A stretch of 64,000 bases of DNA from a bacterium (GCA_965204535.1 CBDBEV010000001.1:192001-256000), one strand, 5' to 3'; shown: positions 18,435-28,021, counted from the first letter of the stretch. Translations and numbers: made by a program. The notes: generated by a model not told the origin, from the letters alone.

Positions 18435-18759
18435 CGCCGCGACTTTATTGGGAATCGCCATCGTCTGCACGTATTCGTGGCGCTGGATGGGCGTGCTCAT
18501 CGCGGGCCGGATAGAGGACGACAGCCCCGTCTTCGAGTGGGTGACCTGCGTGGCCTACGCCATCGCCACCGGCCTGATGATGAAGATCATCCTGCTGCCC
18601 GGCGGCGCGCTCGCGGAATCACACCTCATCGACCGCCTCGCGGGGCTGGCGGTCTGCGTGGGCGTCTTCTATGCTGCCCGGAAAAACCTGCTCGCGGGCC
18701 TCGGCGCGGGCGTTTGCACGTTCATGCTGTTTCCGGGCCTGCGCAGCCTGTTGTTTTAG
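18427..18759 (+). CDS. AzlD-domain membrane protein
   Basis: 110 aa hydrophobic, TYSWRWMG motif, overlaps azlC end. Confidence 0.72.
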   Translation: MPDAATLLGIAIVCTYSWRWMGVLIAGRIEDDSPVFEWVTCVAYAIATGLMMKIILLPGGALAESHLIDRLAGLAVCVGVFYAARKNLLAGLGAGVCTFMLFPGLRSLLF

Positions 18760-18771
18760 TGAAACCCATAT

Positions 18772-19061
18772 GGGGTTTTTGAAAAAGTCCTATAGAGCGA
18801 TTTTGGTTGAGCGCACGCTTTTGAAGTTCACTCCCCCGTTGAGGGGGAGTCGAAGAGCTAAGGGCGTAAGCCCGCAAGCGATTCGGTGGGGGGACATGCC
18901 ACAGAGCAAAACTCCCCCCACCGCATCAGCCTTCGCACAAACCGCTCAGCTTCACCGTCTGGCTTTCCCCTCGGGAAGCCAGACCCTCAAGGGGGGAGTG
19001 AATCTTGCTCATTTATCGGGCGAGTCAAACCATCGTTTATCCGGGCTTTTTCAACAGCCCC
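18772..19061. mobile_element. MITE-like element carrying a TCACTCCCCC..GAGGGGGAGT palindrome pair
   Basis: Ends GGGGTTTTTGAAAAA / TTTTTCAACAGCCCC; nested palindromes at about 18826-19003. Confidence 0.62.
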
Positions 19062-19105
19062 GACGAGGGGTTTTTCAATAACCCCCACACGAGAGGAGAA
19101 TCACT

Positions 19106-19945
19106 ATGGATACCGCCGAAACCCCCTGGGCGCATGAGAAAAGCTGGCGCGAGGTGCGCGAATACCTGGATTCGGGAAACGATCTGGTCATCCTGCCCGT
19201 GGGTAGCATCGAGCAGCACGGCCCGCACATGCCCATGGGCCATGACGCGCTCGCCGCCCACCACGTCGCCCAGGACGCGGGCCGGCGCGCGGGCGTTCTG
19301 GTCTACCCCACCCTCTGGTACGGCTGGACCAACAACCACATGGCGCTCACGGGCACGGTTACGCTCAGGCCCGAGACCCTGACCGCCGTCGTGACCGACA
19401 TCATGGCGAGCCTCCTCTACCACGGCTTCAACCGGGTGATCCTGGTGAACGGGCACAGGCGGGCCAACCTGGCGCCGCTCGAAATCGCCGTGAACCAGAT
19501 GCGCCAGAAGACCGGGGCGGCGCTCGCCGTCGTGGATGTCGGCATCATCGCCTTCGACAGGATTCCGGATATCAGGACCACGCCCCCCGGCGGACAGGGC
19601 CACGCGTGCGAACTGGAAACCTCGCACGCGCTCCACATGTATTCCCACCTCGTGGACATGGAGAAAGCCACGCCTCAGAACTCGAACCCGAACCCTGAGT
19701 GGATGACGGGGCACCACATCAGCGATCCGGGCGTGGACGCGCCGCGCTTTTTCTACCCCAAGACGGTGGGCGAATACCGCGCCGAAATCGGGGATCAGGG
19801 GCAATCCGGCGACCCGACGGCGGCGACCGAAGAGAAAGGGCGCGCCTTCCACGAGGCCGTGGTGGAACGTCTCATCGGCGTGATCGAATATATCAAGGCG
19901 CGCGAGGTGAACGTCCACCACCGCCCCGCGCCGTTTGAGGATTGA
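19106..19945 (+). CDS. Creatininase-family amidohydrolase
   Basis: LPVGSIEQHGPHMPMGHD, VNGH, GHACELETS, GDPTAATEEKG. Confidence 0.88.
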   Translation: MDTAETPWAHEKSWREVREYLDSGNDLVILPVGSIEQHGPHMPMGHDALAAHHVAQDAGRRAGVLVYPTLWYGWTNNHMALTGTVTLRPETLTAVVTDIMASLLYHGFNRVILVNGHRRANLAPLEIAVNQMRQKTGAALAVVDVGIIAFDRIPDIRTTPPGGQGHACELETSHALHMYSHLVDMEKATPQNSNPNPEWMTGHHISDPGVDAPRFFYPKTVGEYRAEIGDQGQSGDPTAATEEKGRAFHEAVVERLIGVIEYIKAREVNVHHRPAPFED

Positions 19946-20037
19946 GGGGGCGTCTCCCGTAAACCTTTTTGCCAATCGGGGCTGCCCGAAAAGTCCTGAT
20001 TTTGTACTCCGGCGTATGGCGCCAACGAGGGAGGGTC

Positions 20038-20322
20038 CGTAGGGACAACCCTCCGTGGTTGTCCCTTATAGAACAGGGCATTGGACAGGCACGGGGGCCT
20101 GTCCCTACAAAACCAACCCCCCCTACCCCCCCTTGTCAGGGGTCAAAACCGACCGAAGAGGGAGGTTTTGCAAGACGATGTGTTTCTCGTCAATGGCTCA
20201 TGCAAACGCTCGTTCATGACTCGCGTTTGACCCCTGACAAGGGGGGGTAGGGGGGGTTGCCTTTATGAGGTTTCCCTTTCACAGGGTTGCGATTGCCCTC
20301 TCGGGGGTTTTTCAACAGCCCC
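20038..20322. repeat. Repeat cluster: GTAG pair, 31-bp IR element and a MITE-like end
   Basis: CGTAGGGACAACC...GCCTGTCCCTACA 20038-20109; IR element 20114-20259; TTTTTCAACAGCCCC near 20308-20322. Confidence 0.8.
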
Positions 20323-20420
20323 TTGAGAAGAGAGTGTTGTAACCTGTCTCGTTGGTCGTCAAAATACCCGGAATCACGAAATCAGGGGGTTTACAAAAAC
20401 CCCAAAACAGGAGATTGAAC

Positions 20421-21599
20421 TTGCCGAGAAGAAAACCGAGCAACACCTTCATGGGCTACAGGCGGCCGGACGGGCCGCCGGGCGCGCGGAACCACCTCGT
20501 CGTCGTGAGCGCGATGGATAACGCCAATCCCCTTGCGCGGCGGATCGGGAAACTCGTGCGCGAGGCGGTCGTCGTGAACACCACTTTTGGGAGAAACCTC
20601 TTCGGTGAGGACGAGCGGCAGCACTACCGGGTGATGGGCCGCACGGCGGGCCACCCGAACGTGGGCGCTGCTATCGTCGTGAGTCTCGAGCCCAAGAGCG
20701 CGCAGGACGTGGCCAACGTGGCGGCGGAAGCATCGCCCTGGATGCCCATTGAGACCCTCACGGTCCACGAGACGGGCGGCACGCTCCGGACGGCGAGCCG
20801 TGGGGTGGAGATCGCCCAGAAGCTCTACCGCCACCTGAGCACAGGAAGACGGCAAAGGTGCAATCTGTCCGAACTTACCCTGGGCACGGAATGCGGCGGC
20901 TCGGACACCACGAGCGGGCTGGTGGCGAACCCGGTCACCGGGGTGCTTGCGGACAGGATCGTGGACGCGGGCGGCGTCGTTCTCTTCTCCGAGACCATGG
21001 AGATCGTAGGCGCCGAGCATCTTCTCGCGAAACGGGCGGCCAGCCCGAAGGTGCGCAGGAAGCTGCTGGCGGCGGTTGCGCGCACGATGGACTACGCCCA
21101 CGAGATGGGGATGGACATCATCGGCTGCAACCCGACGGAGGACAACATCCAGGGCGGGCTCTCCTCGATTGAGGAGAAAAGCCTGGGCGCGGTGAAAAAA
21201 GCGGGGACGCGCGATATCGCCGACGTCATCGTGCCCGGCGAGCGCACGAATGAGCGCGGCTGCGTGTTCCTGGACGCGCCAAGCGCGGGTGTGGAGAACG
21301 TCACGGCGCTCGGAGCGTGCGGGTCGCAGGCCATCGTCTTCAACACGGGGAACGGAAACCCCATCGGCCACCCCGTCTCCCCCACCATCAAGGTGACAGC
21401 GAATCCCCGCACGGCGGCGCGCATGGCGGAGAACACCGATCTCGACATCAGCGGCGTCATGCGCGGCGAGCTATCGAGAGATGAGGCCGTGGACCTCTTG
21501 CACGAGGAGTTGACGGCCGTCTTGAGCGGAAAAAGAACGCGGGCGGAAATCCTGGAGGAAACGGAAATCACCGTAAGCCGCCTGGCGCTTAATTTGTAA
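20421..21599 (+). CDS. UxaA/GarD/SuyB-family dehydratase or lyase, catalytic (beta) subunit
   Basis: FMGYRRPDG..GARNH, HPNVGA, ECGGSDTTSG..ANP, GGLSSIEEKSLG, FNTGNG. TTG start after AGGAG. Confidence 0.83.
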   Translation: MPRRKPSNTFMGYRRPDGPPGARNHLVVVSAMDNANPLARRIGKLVREAVVVNTTFGRNLFGEDERQHYRVMGRTAGHPNVGAAIVVSLEPKSAQDVANVAAEASPWMPIETLTVHETGGTLRTASRGVEIAQKLYRHLSTGRRQRCNLSELTLGTECGGSDTTSGLVANPVTGVLADRIVDAGGVVLFSETMEIVGAEHLLAKRAASPKVRRKLLAAVARTMDYAHEMGMDIIGCNPTEDNIQGGLSSIEEKSLGAVKKAGTRDIADVIVPGERTNERGCVFLDAPSAGVENVTALGACGSQAIVFNTGNGNPIGHPVSPTIKVTANPRTAARMAENTDLDISGVMRGELSRDEAVDLLHEELTAVLSGKRTRAEILEETEITVSRLALNL

Positions 21600-21710
21600 G
21601 TAGAACCAACGGGGCGGTTTCTTCGCCTGAGGTCTAACAGGGAATTATTTAGCAACTCGGTAGTCGGATTTTGGATTTGCAAGGAAACGATGTAGCCTCT
21701 CCCCCCTTGA

Positions 21711-21932
21711 GGGGACTGTTGAATAACCCGGTCCTGTGAACGAACGGTATGCAGTCTCACGCAGCGGTTGAGGGGAAGCCGGCTTGATGCGAGGGGGTGT
21801 GATTGGTCGTGTAGGGGCCGCATATATGCGGCCCATTGTCGGCAGGCGAAAAGGCAGGGTCGCATATATGCGACCCCTACAATTTCACATCCGTCGAACC
21901 GAATCACGAAATCAGGCTTTTTCAACAACCCC
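21711..21932. mobile_element. MITE-like element carrying a GTAG palindrome pair
   Basis: Ends GGGACTGTTGAATA / TTTTTCAACAACCCC; GTAG pair at 21810-21881. Confidence 0.6.
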
Positions 21933-22101
21933 CTGAGGGAGCGTGGATTTGAAATTCTCTCAGGAGTGAGAAATACCCAAGCATGAGGGAGTAGTTTTAG
22001 TGGGAGAAATTATGAATTCAACCGGCGGATTTTTTATGAATTGACCGCCTAGAAGAAATCGTTAACTCAGGTCTTTTATGCACATTTCAAAGGAGTTTTT
22101 C

Positions 22102-23310
22102 ATGAACAGCGCCATCGCACCGGTTTCCGTGGACGGGGACTACGTCATAAGCCTCGCGCAGGATTTGATCCGCATACCGGCGGAAAATCCGCCCGGCGAC
22201 TGCTCCGGGATGGCCGAGCGCATCCTCGCGGAACTGAAATCCATCGGCGTCGATAACATCACCACCCACGAATACGAGGCGGGCATGCCCAACTTCATCA
22301 TCCAGACGGGCGACGGCGGCCCGGGTGGGCACTTCGTCATCGGCGGCCACATGGACACCGTGCCCGTCCACCCCGAAGAGGTGGACGCCTGGGAGGTTCC
22401 CCCCTTCAGCGGTGAGTTGAAAGACGGCGAAATCTGGGGGCGCGGCGCCGCCGACATGAAGGGCGCGCTGGCGTCCACCCTCGGCGCGTTGAAAGCGCTC
22501 AAGGACGAGAAAATCTCGCTGAACGGCATCCTCACCTGGGTCCTGCTCTCAGACGGCGAGAAGGGCGATTTCTACGGCGCGCAGTCGCTGGTCAACAACG
22601 GCGTTTTCAGGGAACTGGGCGGCGACATGGTGCTCTACACCGAATCGACGGGCAACAACATCATCCGCTCCTTCAAGGGGCGGGTGTTCTTTGAAGTAAA
22701 AGTGCGCGGACGCTCGGTGCACGTGAGCGTGCCCGAGAAGGGCGTCAACGCCATCGAGAAGATGGCGAAGATCATCGACGCCTTCCGGGCCGAGCGCGTA
22801 GCACCTCCGCCGCACCCCTTCCTCGGGCCGGGCACGCTCGCCTTTTCCACCATCAACGGAGGCTCCGCCGTGAACGTGGTGGGCGGCAGATGCAGCGCCA
22901 CCTTCGACGTGCGCATGCTGCCGGGGCAGACCTCCGCGGGCGTCAAGGAGAAGCTCGAAGGCATCCTCGATGAACTCGCGGCGGATGACCCCGAATTCGA
23001 CGCATCGGTCGAGATCATGCCGAGCGGCGCGCGCGAGGTGACGGAAATCGCAGAAGACGAACCGGTCGTGCAGCTCATGGAGCGCGTCGTGCCCGCCGTG
23101 CGGGGGACGCCCAACGAATACCTGCCCGGCATCGAATCTCCGGGCGCGCTCAGGCTCTTCATCGAGAACGGGATTCCGGGCGTCTTCTTCGGCCCGGGCG
23201 AGTTCATCTCCGAAGCCCATCTGCCGAACGAGCGCGTGCCCGCGCAGAACCTCATCGACGCCGCCGGCATGTTCGCCACCGCCGCCCGGGCGCACTGCGA
23301 CGGGGGTTAG
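22102..23310 (+). CDS. M20 metallopeptidase (ArgE/DapE family)
   Basis: GHMDTVP, GRGAADMKG, HVSVPEKGVNAI, FGPG...AHLPNE; RBS AAGGAG. Confidence 0.87.
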   Translation: MNSAIAPVSVDGDYVISLAQDLIRIPAENPPGDCSGMAERILAELKSIGVDNITTHEYEAGMPNFIIQTGDGGPGGHFVIGGHMDTVPVHPEEVDAWEVPPFSGELKDGEIWGRGAADMKGALASTLGALKALKDEKISLNGILTWVLLSDGEKGDFYGAQSLVNNGVFRELGGDMVLYTESTGNNIIRSFKGRVFFEVKVRGRSVHVSVPEKGVNAIEKMAKIIDAFRAERVAPPPHPFLGPGTLAFSTINGGSAVNVVGGRCSATFDVRMLPGQTSAGVKEKLEGILDELAADDPEFDASVEIMPSGAREVTEIAEDEPVVQLMERVVPAVRGTPNEYLPGIESPGALRLFIENGIPGVFFGPGEFISEAHLPNERVPAQNLIDAAGMFATAARAHCDGG

Positions 23311-23357
23311 AGAGAGGCCCGAGGAAACCGGGAGTCCACGCGAATACCGGTACGCGT

Positions 23358-23639
23358 CTACGCGCCTAGAAATTCCAGCTTGAACCGCACTTTTTCGAGG
23401 AGTTCCACGCGGTGGGGTTCGGTGGGACGGATGACGCCGTAATCGCCGCTTTCCAGGCGGCGACTCCGCTCGGGCGAATCCGGAACGACATAGTCGAGGC
23501 AGCCTTCGAGCACCACGATTCTGGCCCAGATGCCGGGCTTCGTATCGTGCAGGGTCTTGAGTTTTTTGGGGACCGTCTCCTCGGTGAAAACTTTGCTTTC
23601 GTAGAATTTGACGAGTCCTGCCGGCACACTCTCAATCAT
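23358..23639 (-). CDS. DUF1971 (YeaR/TehB N-terminal-like) protein
   Basis: FTEETVP..L...HDTKPGIWARIVVLEG.L.Y...PTEPHRV pattern. Confidence 0.8.
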   Translation of the reverse strand: MIESVPAGLVKFYESKVFTEETVPKKLKTLHDTKPGIWARIVVLEGCLDYVVPDSPERSRRLESGDYGVIRPTEPHRVELLEKVRFKLEFLGA

Positions 23640-23724
23640 ATCGAATCCTCCCATTCGGAGCTGCGTGATGCGCCAATGCCGGCGGCACGGAACATGGGCA
23701 CGAGGATGAATGCCGCATCATTGC

Positions 23725-24174
23725 TCACGCCACCGGATGCCCGGAACCGCCCGTGCCGTACATGGCGATTCGCAGCCCTTTGGCGATTTGCACGGCGTAC
23801 TCCATGAAATAGGCGGCCGCCTCCGGCGTCGGCGCCGTGTCTCTCAAGGTTTCTTCGAACATTTCCAGCCAGACGTCGAAATGCCACGGCTGGACCTCCA
23901 CGAGTTTCTTGTGAGCCTGAATCGGTTCCCCCGAATAACGCCCGGCGTTCAAGGCCACCGTCGCCCAGAAATCCTTCATCTTCTCGAGGTGATGCCCCCA
24001 TCTATCGCGAATGGCTTCATCGAATATCGGCCCGAGCAGCCGATCTTCACGGATGCGGCTGTAGAAAGCATTCACGAGTTCAGAGACGTAAGCCTCGTCG
24101 ACCCCCATCGCGGCGGCTTTCGCCTGGACTTCGGCCCGGCGTTCTCCCACGATGTCGAGATGTGTGGTGTTCAT
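23725..24174 (-). CDS. Group III truncated hemoglobin
   Basis: LVNAFYSRIREDRLLGPIF, WGHHLEKMKDFW, YSGEPIQAH, HFDVWLEMF; ATGA overlap with the Rrf2 gene. Confidence 0.88.
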   Translation of the reverse strand: MNTTHLDIVGERRAEVQAKAAAMGVDEAYVSELVNAFYSRIREDRLLGPIFDEAIRDRWGHHLEKMKDFWATVALNAGRYSGEPIQAHKKLVEVQPWHFDVWLEMFEETLRDTAPTPEAAAYFMEYAVQIAKGLRIAMYGTGGSGHPVA

Positions 24175-24611
24175 GCGCTGTCTCCTGCAAGCAATTCGAG
24201 AAGCGCCGGATTGCGTTTCACCAGATCGTGGATGGTATAGCGATCGAGAACGGTGAAAAAGGCTTCCTGCGCTTCGGCCAGAACGCCCTTCAGCCTGCAG
24301 TGCGGCATCACCAGGCACCCCCCGCTTCCGCCCGGAAAACACTCGACGAGGGGGCTGTTTTGTTCGGTGTGCCTCGCCACCGTCCCGACGGGAATCTTCG
24401 CCGCCGGCCTGGCGAGCCGGAGGCCGCCGTTGCGCCCGCGAATCGCCTCAATATGCCCTGCGCGGCCCAACGCATGTGCGACCTTCATCAAATGGTTTTT
24501 CGAGATCCCGTATCGCTCCGCGATCTCGTGGATCGTGACCAATGCGCCTGCGTGGCAGGCCAGGTGCATCAGCATCCTGAGGGCATAGTCTGTCTGAACG
24601 GTCAGCCGCAT
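24171..24611 (-). CDS. nsrR: Rrf2-family NO-sensing repressor
   Basis: TDYALRMLM, ISKNHLMKV, RGRNGG, three Cys (ECFPGGSGGCLVMPHC); globin downstream and NsrR-type box upstream. Confidence 0.8.
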   Translation of the reverse strand: MRLTVQTDYALRMLMHLACHAGALVTIHEIAERYGISKNHLMKVAHALGRAGHIEAIRGRNGGLRLARPAAKIPVGTVARHTEQNSPLVECFPGGSGGCLVMPHCRLKGVLAEAQEAFFTVLDRYTIHDLVKRNPALLELLAGDSA

Positions 24612-24626
24612 GGGGCACGCCTCCTA

Positions 24627-24649
24627 AACATATATATTATATACATCTT
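24627..24649 (-). promoter_or_regulatory. NsrR-type operator (11-1-11 inverted repeat)
   Basis: Minus strand AAGATGTATAT-A-ATATATATGTT directly upstream of the nsrR RBS; resembles the AAGATGCATTT half-site. Confidence 0.75.
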
Positions 24650-24698
24650 TTGGCGTGAATACGCAACCGTTAAATGTAATGCCAAGAATCGGATAGTC

Positions 24699-24896
24699 CG
24701 CAGGGACAGGTCGCGACCTGTCCCTGCGACCCTTGAACCTGAATGATGGCGTAGGGGCGGACCCTGACCAACCTGACACGGGCACAATAAAACGGGAGAA
24801 CACGCAGGTTCTCCCCTACGAAAGACACAATCCTTGCGTAGGGACAGGCCCCCGTGCCTGTCCTGATGGGGACAACCACAGGGGGTTGTCCCTACA
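24699..24896. repeat. Cluster of GTAG-type REP-like palindromes
   Basis: CGCAGGGACAGGTCGCGACCTGTCCCTGCG, CGTAGGGGCGG...CCCCTACG, CGTAGGGACAGGCCCCCGTGCCTGTCC...GTTGTCCCTACA. Confidence 0.82.
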
Positions 24897-24918
24897 CGAC
24901 ACTCGACCCACTCCACAC

Positions 24919-24952
24919 AAAAAAACCGGGGGAGTTTTCACGCTCCCCCGGT
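24919..24952 (-). terminator. Intrinsic terminator of the LLM/CMD operon
   Basis: CCGGGGGAG / CTCCCCCGG stem followed by a T-run on the minus strand, just after the CMD gene. Confidence 0.75.
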
Positions 24953-24973
24953 CGCATCATGCGATGCTCTCAT

Positions 24974-25351
24974 CTAATACCCCTCGTCGATCACCTCCTT
25001 GAGCTGCGTGCAGCCGGCCACGAGCGCCGTCATCCCGCAGGGGGGCAGCATGCACTCGAGCGCCTCGGTCGCCTCCTCGACGGTCGCGCCGAGCTGCAGC
25101 GCCTTTTTCAGGTGGTTCTTGATGCCCTCCGTATCGGAGGGATCGCGCGAGGCGCTCGCCACGGCGATGAAGAGTTCCTTGTATTTCTCGTGAAAGGGGC
25201 CCTGCTTCTTCATGATGTGGTTCTTCAGGTTCTCGTAGTTCTCCAGAAGCTCCGGGTCCACCTCGCACAGGAGTTCGTACGCCGGATAGATGAATCCCCG
25301 CGCCGCCTTCATCTCCTCGTACAAGGCCCTGCCCCGCTCGCTCATCGCCAT
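24974..25351 (-). CDS. Carboxymuconolactone decarboxylase (CMD) family protein, no CxxC
   Basis: KYKELFIAVA...HLKKALQLGATVEE pattern. Confidence 0.8.
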   Translation of the reverse strand: MAMSERGRALYEEMKAARGFIYPAYELLCEVDPELLENYENLKNHIMKKQGPFHEKYKELFIAVASASRDPSDTEGIKNHLKKALQLGATVEEATEALECMLPPCGMTALVAGCTQLKEVIDEGY

Positions 25352-25404
25352 CGTGAATCCTCCTTATGCAGACACTCGCTCATACCGGCGAGCGTTATCC
25401 GCCC

Positions 25405-26175
25405 CTATGGATACACCTCTTTCTCCAGCACGGAAATCTCGTGCCCGGGCAGGATGTATTCCTCCTTCGTGGCGCGTTCGATGCACTTATGAATGGAATC
25501 CATCGCGTCGCGCATGCTCGACATCTGGCCGGCGGGAACGCGGCGCTCGAGGCCTTCGTTTATCTGGATGACGTCGGCGGCGATGACGTAGGTGCCCACG
25601 CGCGTCTCCACGGCGACCGAGCAGTGCCCCGGCGTATGGCCCGGCGTATGGAAATAGGTGACGCCCGGCACGATCTCGGTATTGTCCTTCCAGATGGGCT
25701 CGAAGATGATGCCCTGCTGGGCGATCACCGGCCAGCGGGTGTTGGGGTGGATCGGCGCGTCGTAGGGCTTCGCCTGCAGCGCGACCGGGCACATGGAGTA
25801 TTGAAGCTCCTCCGCCCAGACGTACTTGATCGCGTTGGTGAAAAGATCGCAGTTCTGGGAATGGTCCCAATGCAAATGCGTGAGGATGAGGATGTCCACT
25901 TCCTCGGGCTTCCAGCCCGCGCCCTCCAACTGCTCGCGCACGCCCTGGCCGGGTTCCCTGCTCGCGGGCCAGGGGGCGCCGCCGCGCTCCGGATCGAGAA
26001 AACTGGTGTCGACCACGACCTTCACGTCCTTGCCGTCGTGGTCCTTCGCCCCCTCGATCATGTAGATGAACGAGGGAATCTCGAGTTTCGTCCCGAAATT
26101 CGTCCAATACACCATGTTGGAGTAATCCGTATGGATGGTGCCGCAGTTCAGCGGACGGATGGTGAGGTCTGGCAT
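25405..26175 (-). CDS. Metallo-beta-lactamase-fold hydrolase, N-acyl homoserine lactonase family
   Basis: THLHWDH (HxHxDH), TPGHTPGH, AAD, PGHE. Confidence 0.85.
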   Translation of the reverse strand: MPDLTIRPLNCGTIHTDYSNMVYWTNFGTKLEIPSFIYMIEGAKDHDGKDVKVVVDTSFLDPERGGAPWPASREPGQGVREQLEGAGWKPEEVDILILTHLHWDHSQNCDLFTNAIKYVWAEELQYSMCPVALQAKPYDAPIHPNTRWPVIAQQGIIFEPIWKDNTEIVPGVTYFHTPGHTPGHCSVAVETRVGTYVIAADVIQINEGLERRVPAGQMSSMRDAMDSIHKCIERATKEEYILPGHEISVLEKEVYP

Positions 26176-26294
26176 GGAAACGGTTCCTTTCTGCGTTGTT
26201 TCGCGGCCGAAGCGGCTCGCAAATGAACGATGGCAAGCAAATGCCTGATAATCACCGGCCTGGCGTCAAAAGGCCGGTGAACGGGTGTATGTCG

Positions 26295-26894
26295 TTAAGC
26301 CCGCGCGGTTCGGGAGAAGCGCACCACCTCCATCAACTCATCGGGGCCTTCGGGTTCTATGGCGTCGAGACCGAGCGCGATATTCAGCCGGTTGCTCATG
26401 TTCCGGTACGACACCGAGCCGATGATGTCGAGCACGTTCTCATCGGTAAAACCCGCCTCGCGCAGCGCGTCCAGGTCCGCTTCGCTCATGGCGTAGTGGT
26501 CGAACGTGAGCTTTTCGGCGAAGGCGAGCATCGCCTTGTCCGCATCGTCGAGAGCCGGAGAATTGTCCCTGTCCGTCACCACGGTGGCCACGTCGGCCAG
26601 CGTTACGTCGTCGCCGCTTTCAGCACGGAAAGCCTGGCCATGGTTTATCGTTCAGCCATAGCACCCGCCGATGGTGGCGACGTAGTAGGAGATCAGTTCC
26701 TCGCGCCTCTGGCCCAGCGTCGAATTGCCGCCGTGGACGGCCATGTTCATCGTCTGGCGCCCGTTCAGGACTTGGGGCCTGCGCGCCATCGTGAGCAGCA
26801 GCTTGGGCACCGCGCCTCTTTTCTCCCGGATGCCCTCGAGTATCCCGCGCGCGGGCTCTTCGGCGTCATTCAGCCTTAATGGGGATATCCACAT
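26295..26894 (-). CDS. AhpD/CMD-family peroxidase-related protein, probable selenoprotein (CxxU, TGA at 26652-26654)
   Basis: Two ORF-track fragments are in frame and separated only by TGA: ...EELISYYVATIGGCYG-U-TINHG...AMLAFAEKLT...REAGFTDENVLD...NRL. Hairpin directly downstream of the TGA. Confidence 0.85.
26613..26651 (-). promoter_or_regulatory. Candidate bacterial SECIS element
   Basis: After the TGA: 18 nt, then stem GCTTTC / GAAAGC with loop CGTGCT (G at loop position 2, loop 24 nt from the UGA), extended by GCC/GGC. Confidence 0.68.
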
Positions 26895-26918
26895 TCTCCT
26901 CTCTCCTCGATACCGATG

Positions 26919-27974
26919 CTAGTCGTTTGATTTCGCCGCACGCTCTTCTGCGAACGCGGGCATCACCTCTTTCGCAAACCGCTCTATGGATTCAATCGCC
27001 TCGTCCTGGGCGATGCCGCGCAGCACGAAGATCATGATGTGATTCACCTGAAACTCCGCCTGAAGCCGCTTGAGATCGGCAATCACCTTATCGGGCGGGC
27101 CGATGACGCCGCCGCCCTCGATGACCTGGCGAATGTCGACGTCGTAGCTCCAGTTGCGCTTGAGGGCCTCTTTCTCCTCCAGCGGCATCTCGATGGAATT
27201 CACCGCGCTGCGGTAGGAGAGATACCAGGATTCGGAGGGTTCGATTTGCCGCCAGGCGTGTTCGGGGTCGTCGCACACGTGGACGTGATGCGCCATGAGG
27301 GAGGGATAATCGTTCGGGTCGCCGCCCCGGCCCCGCACGGTTTCCTGGAAGAGCGCCATTTTCTCGAGATACACGTCCGGCCCCTTGAAGGTGCCCGACG
27401 CCATGATGTTGTACCCCCTCTGGCCCGCGAAGACGTAGGTTTCAGGGCTCGTGCCGGCCAGCCAGATGGGAGGGCGCGGCTTCTGGATGGGTTTTGGGAA
27501 AATTTCCGCGTCGACGCAGCTGTAGTGCTTCCCGTGATAGGTGAGGCATTCCCCCTCCAGCAGGCGGGTCATCACTTCGAGACCCTCCTGCATCTTCTCC
27601 CTGCTCTCGGATGGGGAGATGTTGAAGCCCTGAAATTCCTTGGGCTGGGAGCCGCGTCCGACGCCCAACTCCAGGCGTCCGCCGCTCAGAACGTCGACCA
27701 GGGCGGCCTGCTCCGCCAGTCGCACCGGATTGTGGAAGGGCATGATGCAGATGGCGGTGCCGATCCTGATCTTCCTGGTTCTCTGCGCGATGGCGAGTGC
27801 GACCATCAGGGCGTCGGGGCACATGCCCACGCGGGAGAAGTGGTGCTCGGCCAGGAACACCGTGTCGTAGCCGAGTCCGTCGGCCACCTCGCATTGTTCG
27901 ATCAGCTGATCGAACTCGTGCTTGTAGCTTTCTCCCTCCTGACAGGCAGGAATATAGAAAAGCGAGAATTTCAT
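26919..27974 (-). CDS. Luciferase-like (LLM) flavin-dependent monooxygenase
   Basis: FLAEHHF, RLAEQAALVDVLSGGRLELGVGRG, PKPIQKPRPPIW, FAKEVMP. Confidence 0.9.
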   Translation of the reverse strand: MKFSLFYIPACQEGESYKHEFDQLIEQCEVADGLGYDTVFLAEHHFSRVGMCPDALMVALAIAQRTRKIRIGTAICIMPFHNPVRLAEQAALVDVLSGGRLELGVGRGSQPKEFQGFNISPSESREKMQEGLEVMTRLLEGECLTYHGKHYSCVDAEIFPKPIQKPRPPIWLAGTSPETYVFAGQRGYNIMASGTFKGPDVYLEKMALFQETVRGRGGDPNDYPSLMAHHVHVCDDPEHAWRQIEPSESWYLSYRSAVNSIEMPLEEKEALKRNWSYDVDIRQVIEGGGVIGPPDKVIADLKRLQAEFQVNHIMIFVLRGIAQDEAIESIERFAKEVMPAFAEERAAKSND

Positions 27975-28021
27975 CTTTCAGGTCTCCATCCCGTACATGA
28001 TAAACGTGTGCGCCGGGCGGC

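Noticed and set aside
26295-26894. Two separate small genes or a pseudogene
   Set aside because: The in-frame TGA falls on the redox Cys position and is followed by a SECIS-like hairpin; Sec readthrough is the simpler reading, pending a check for sel genes.
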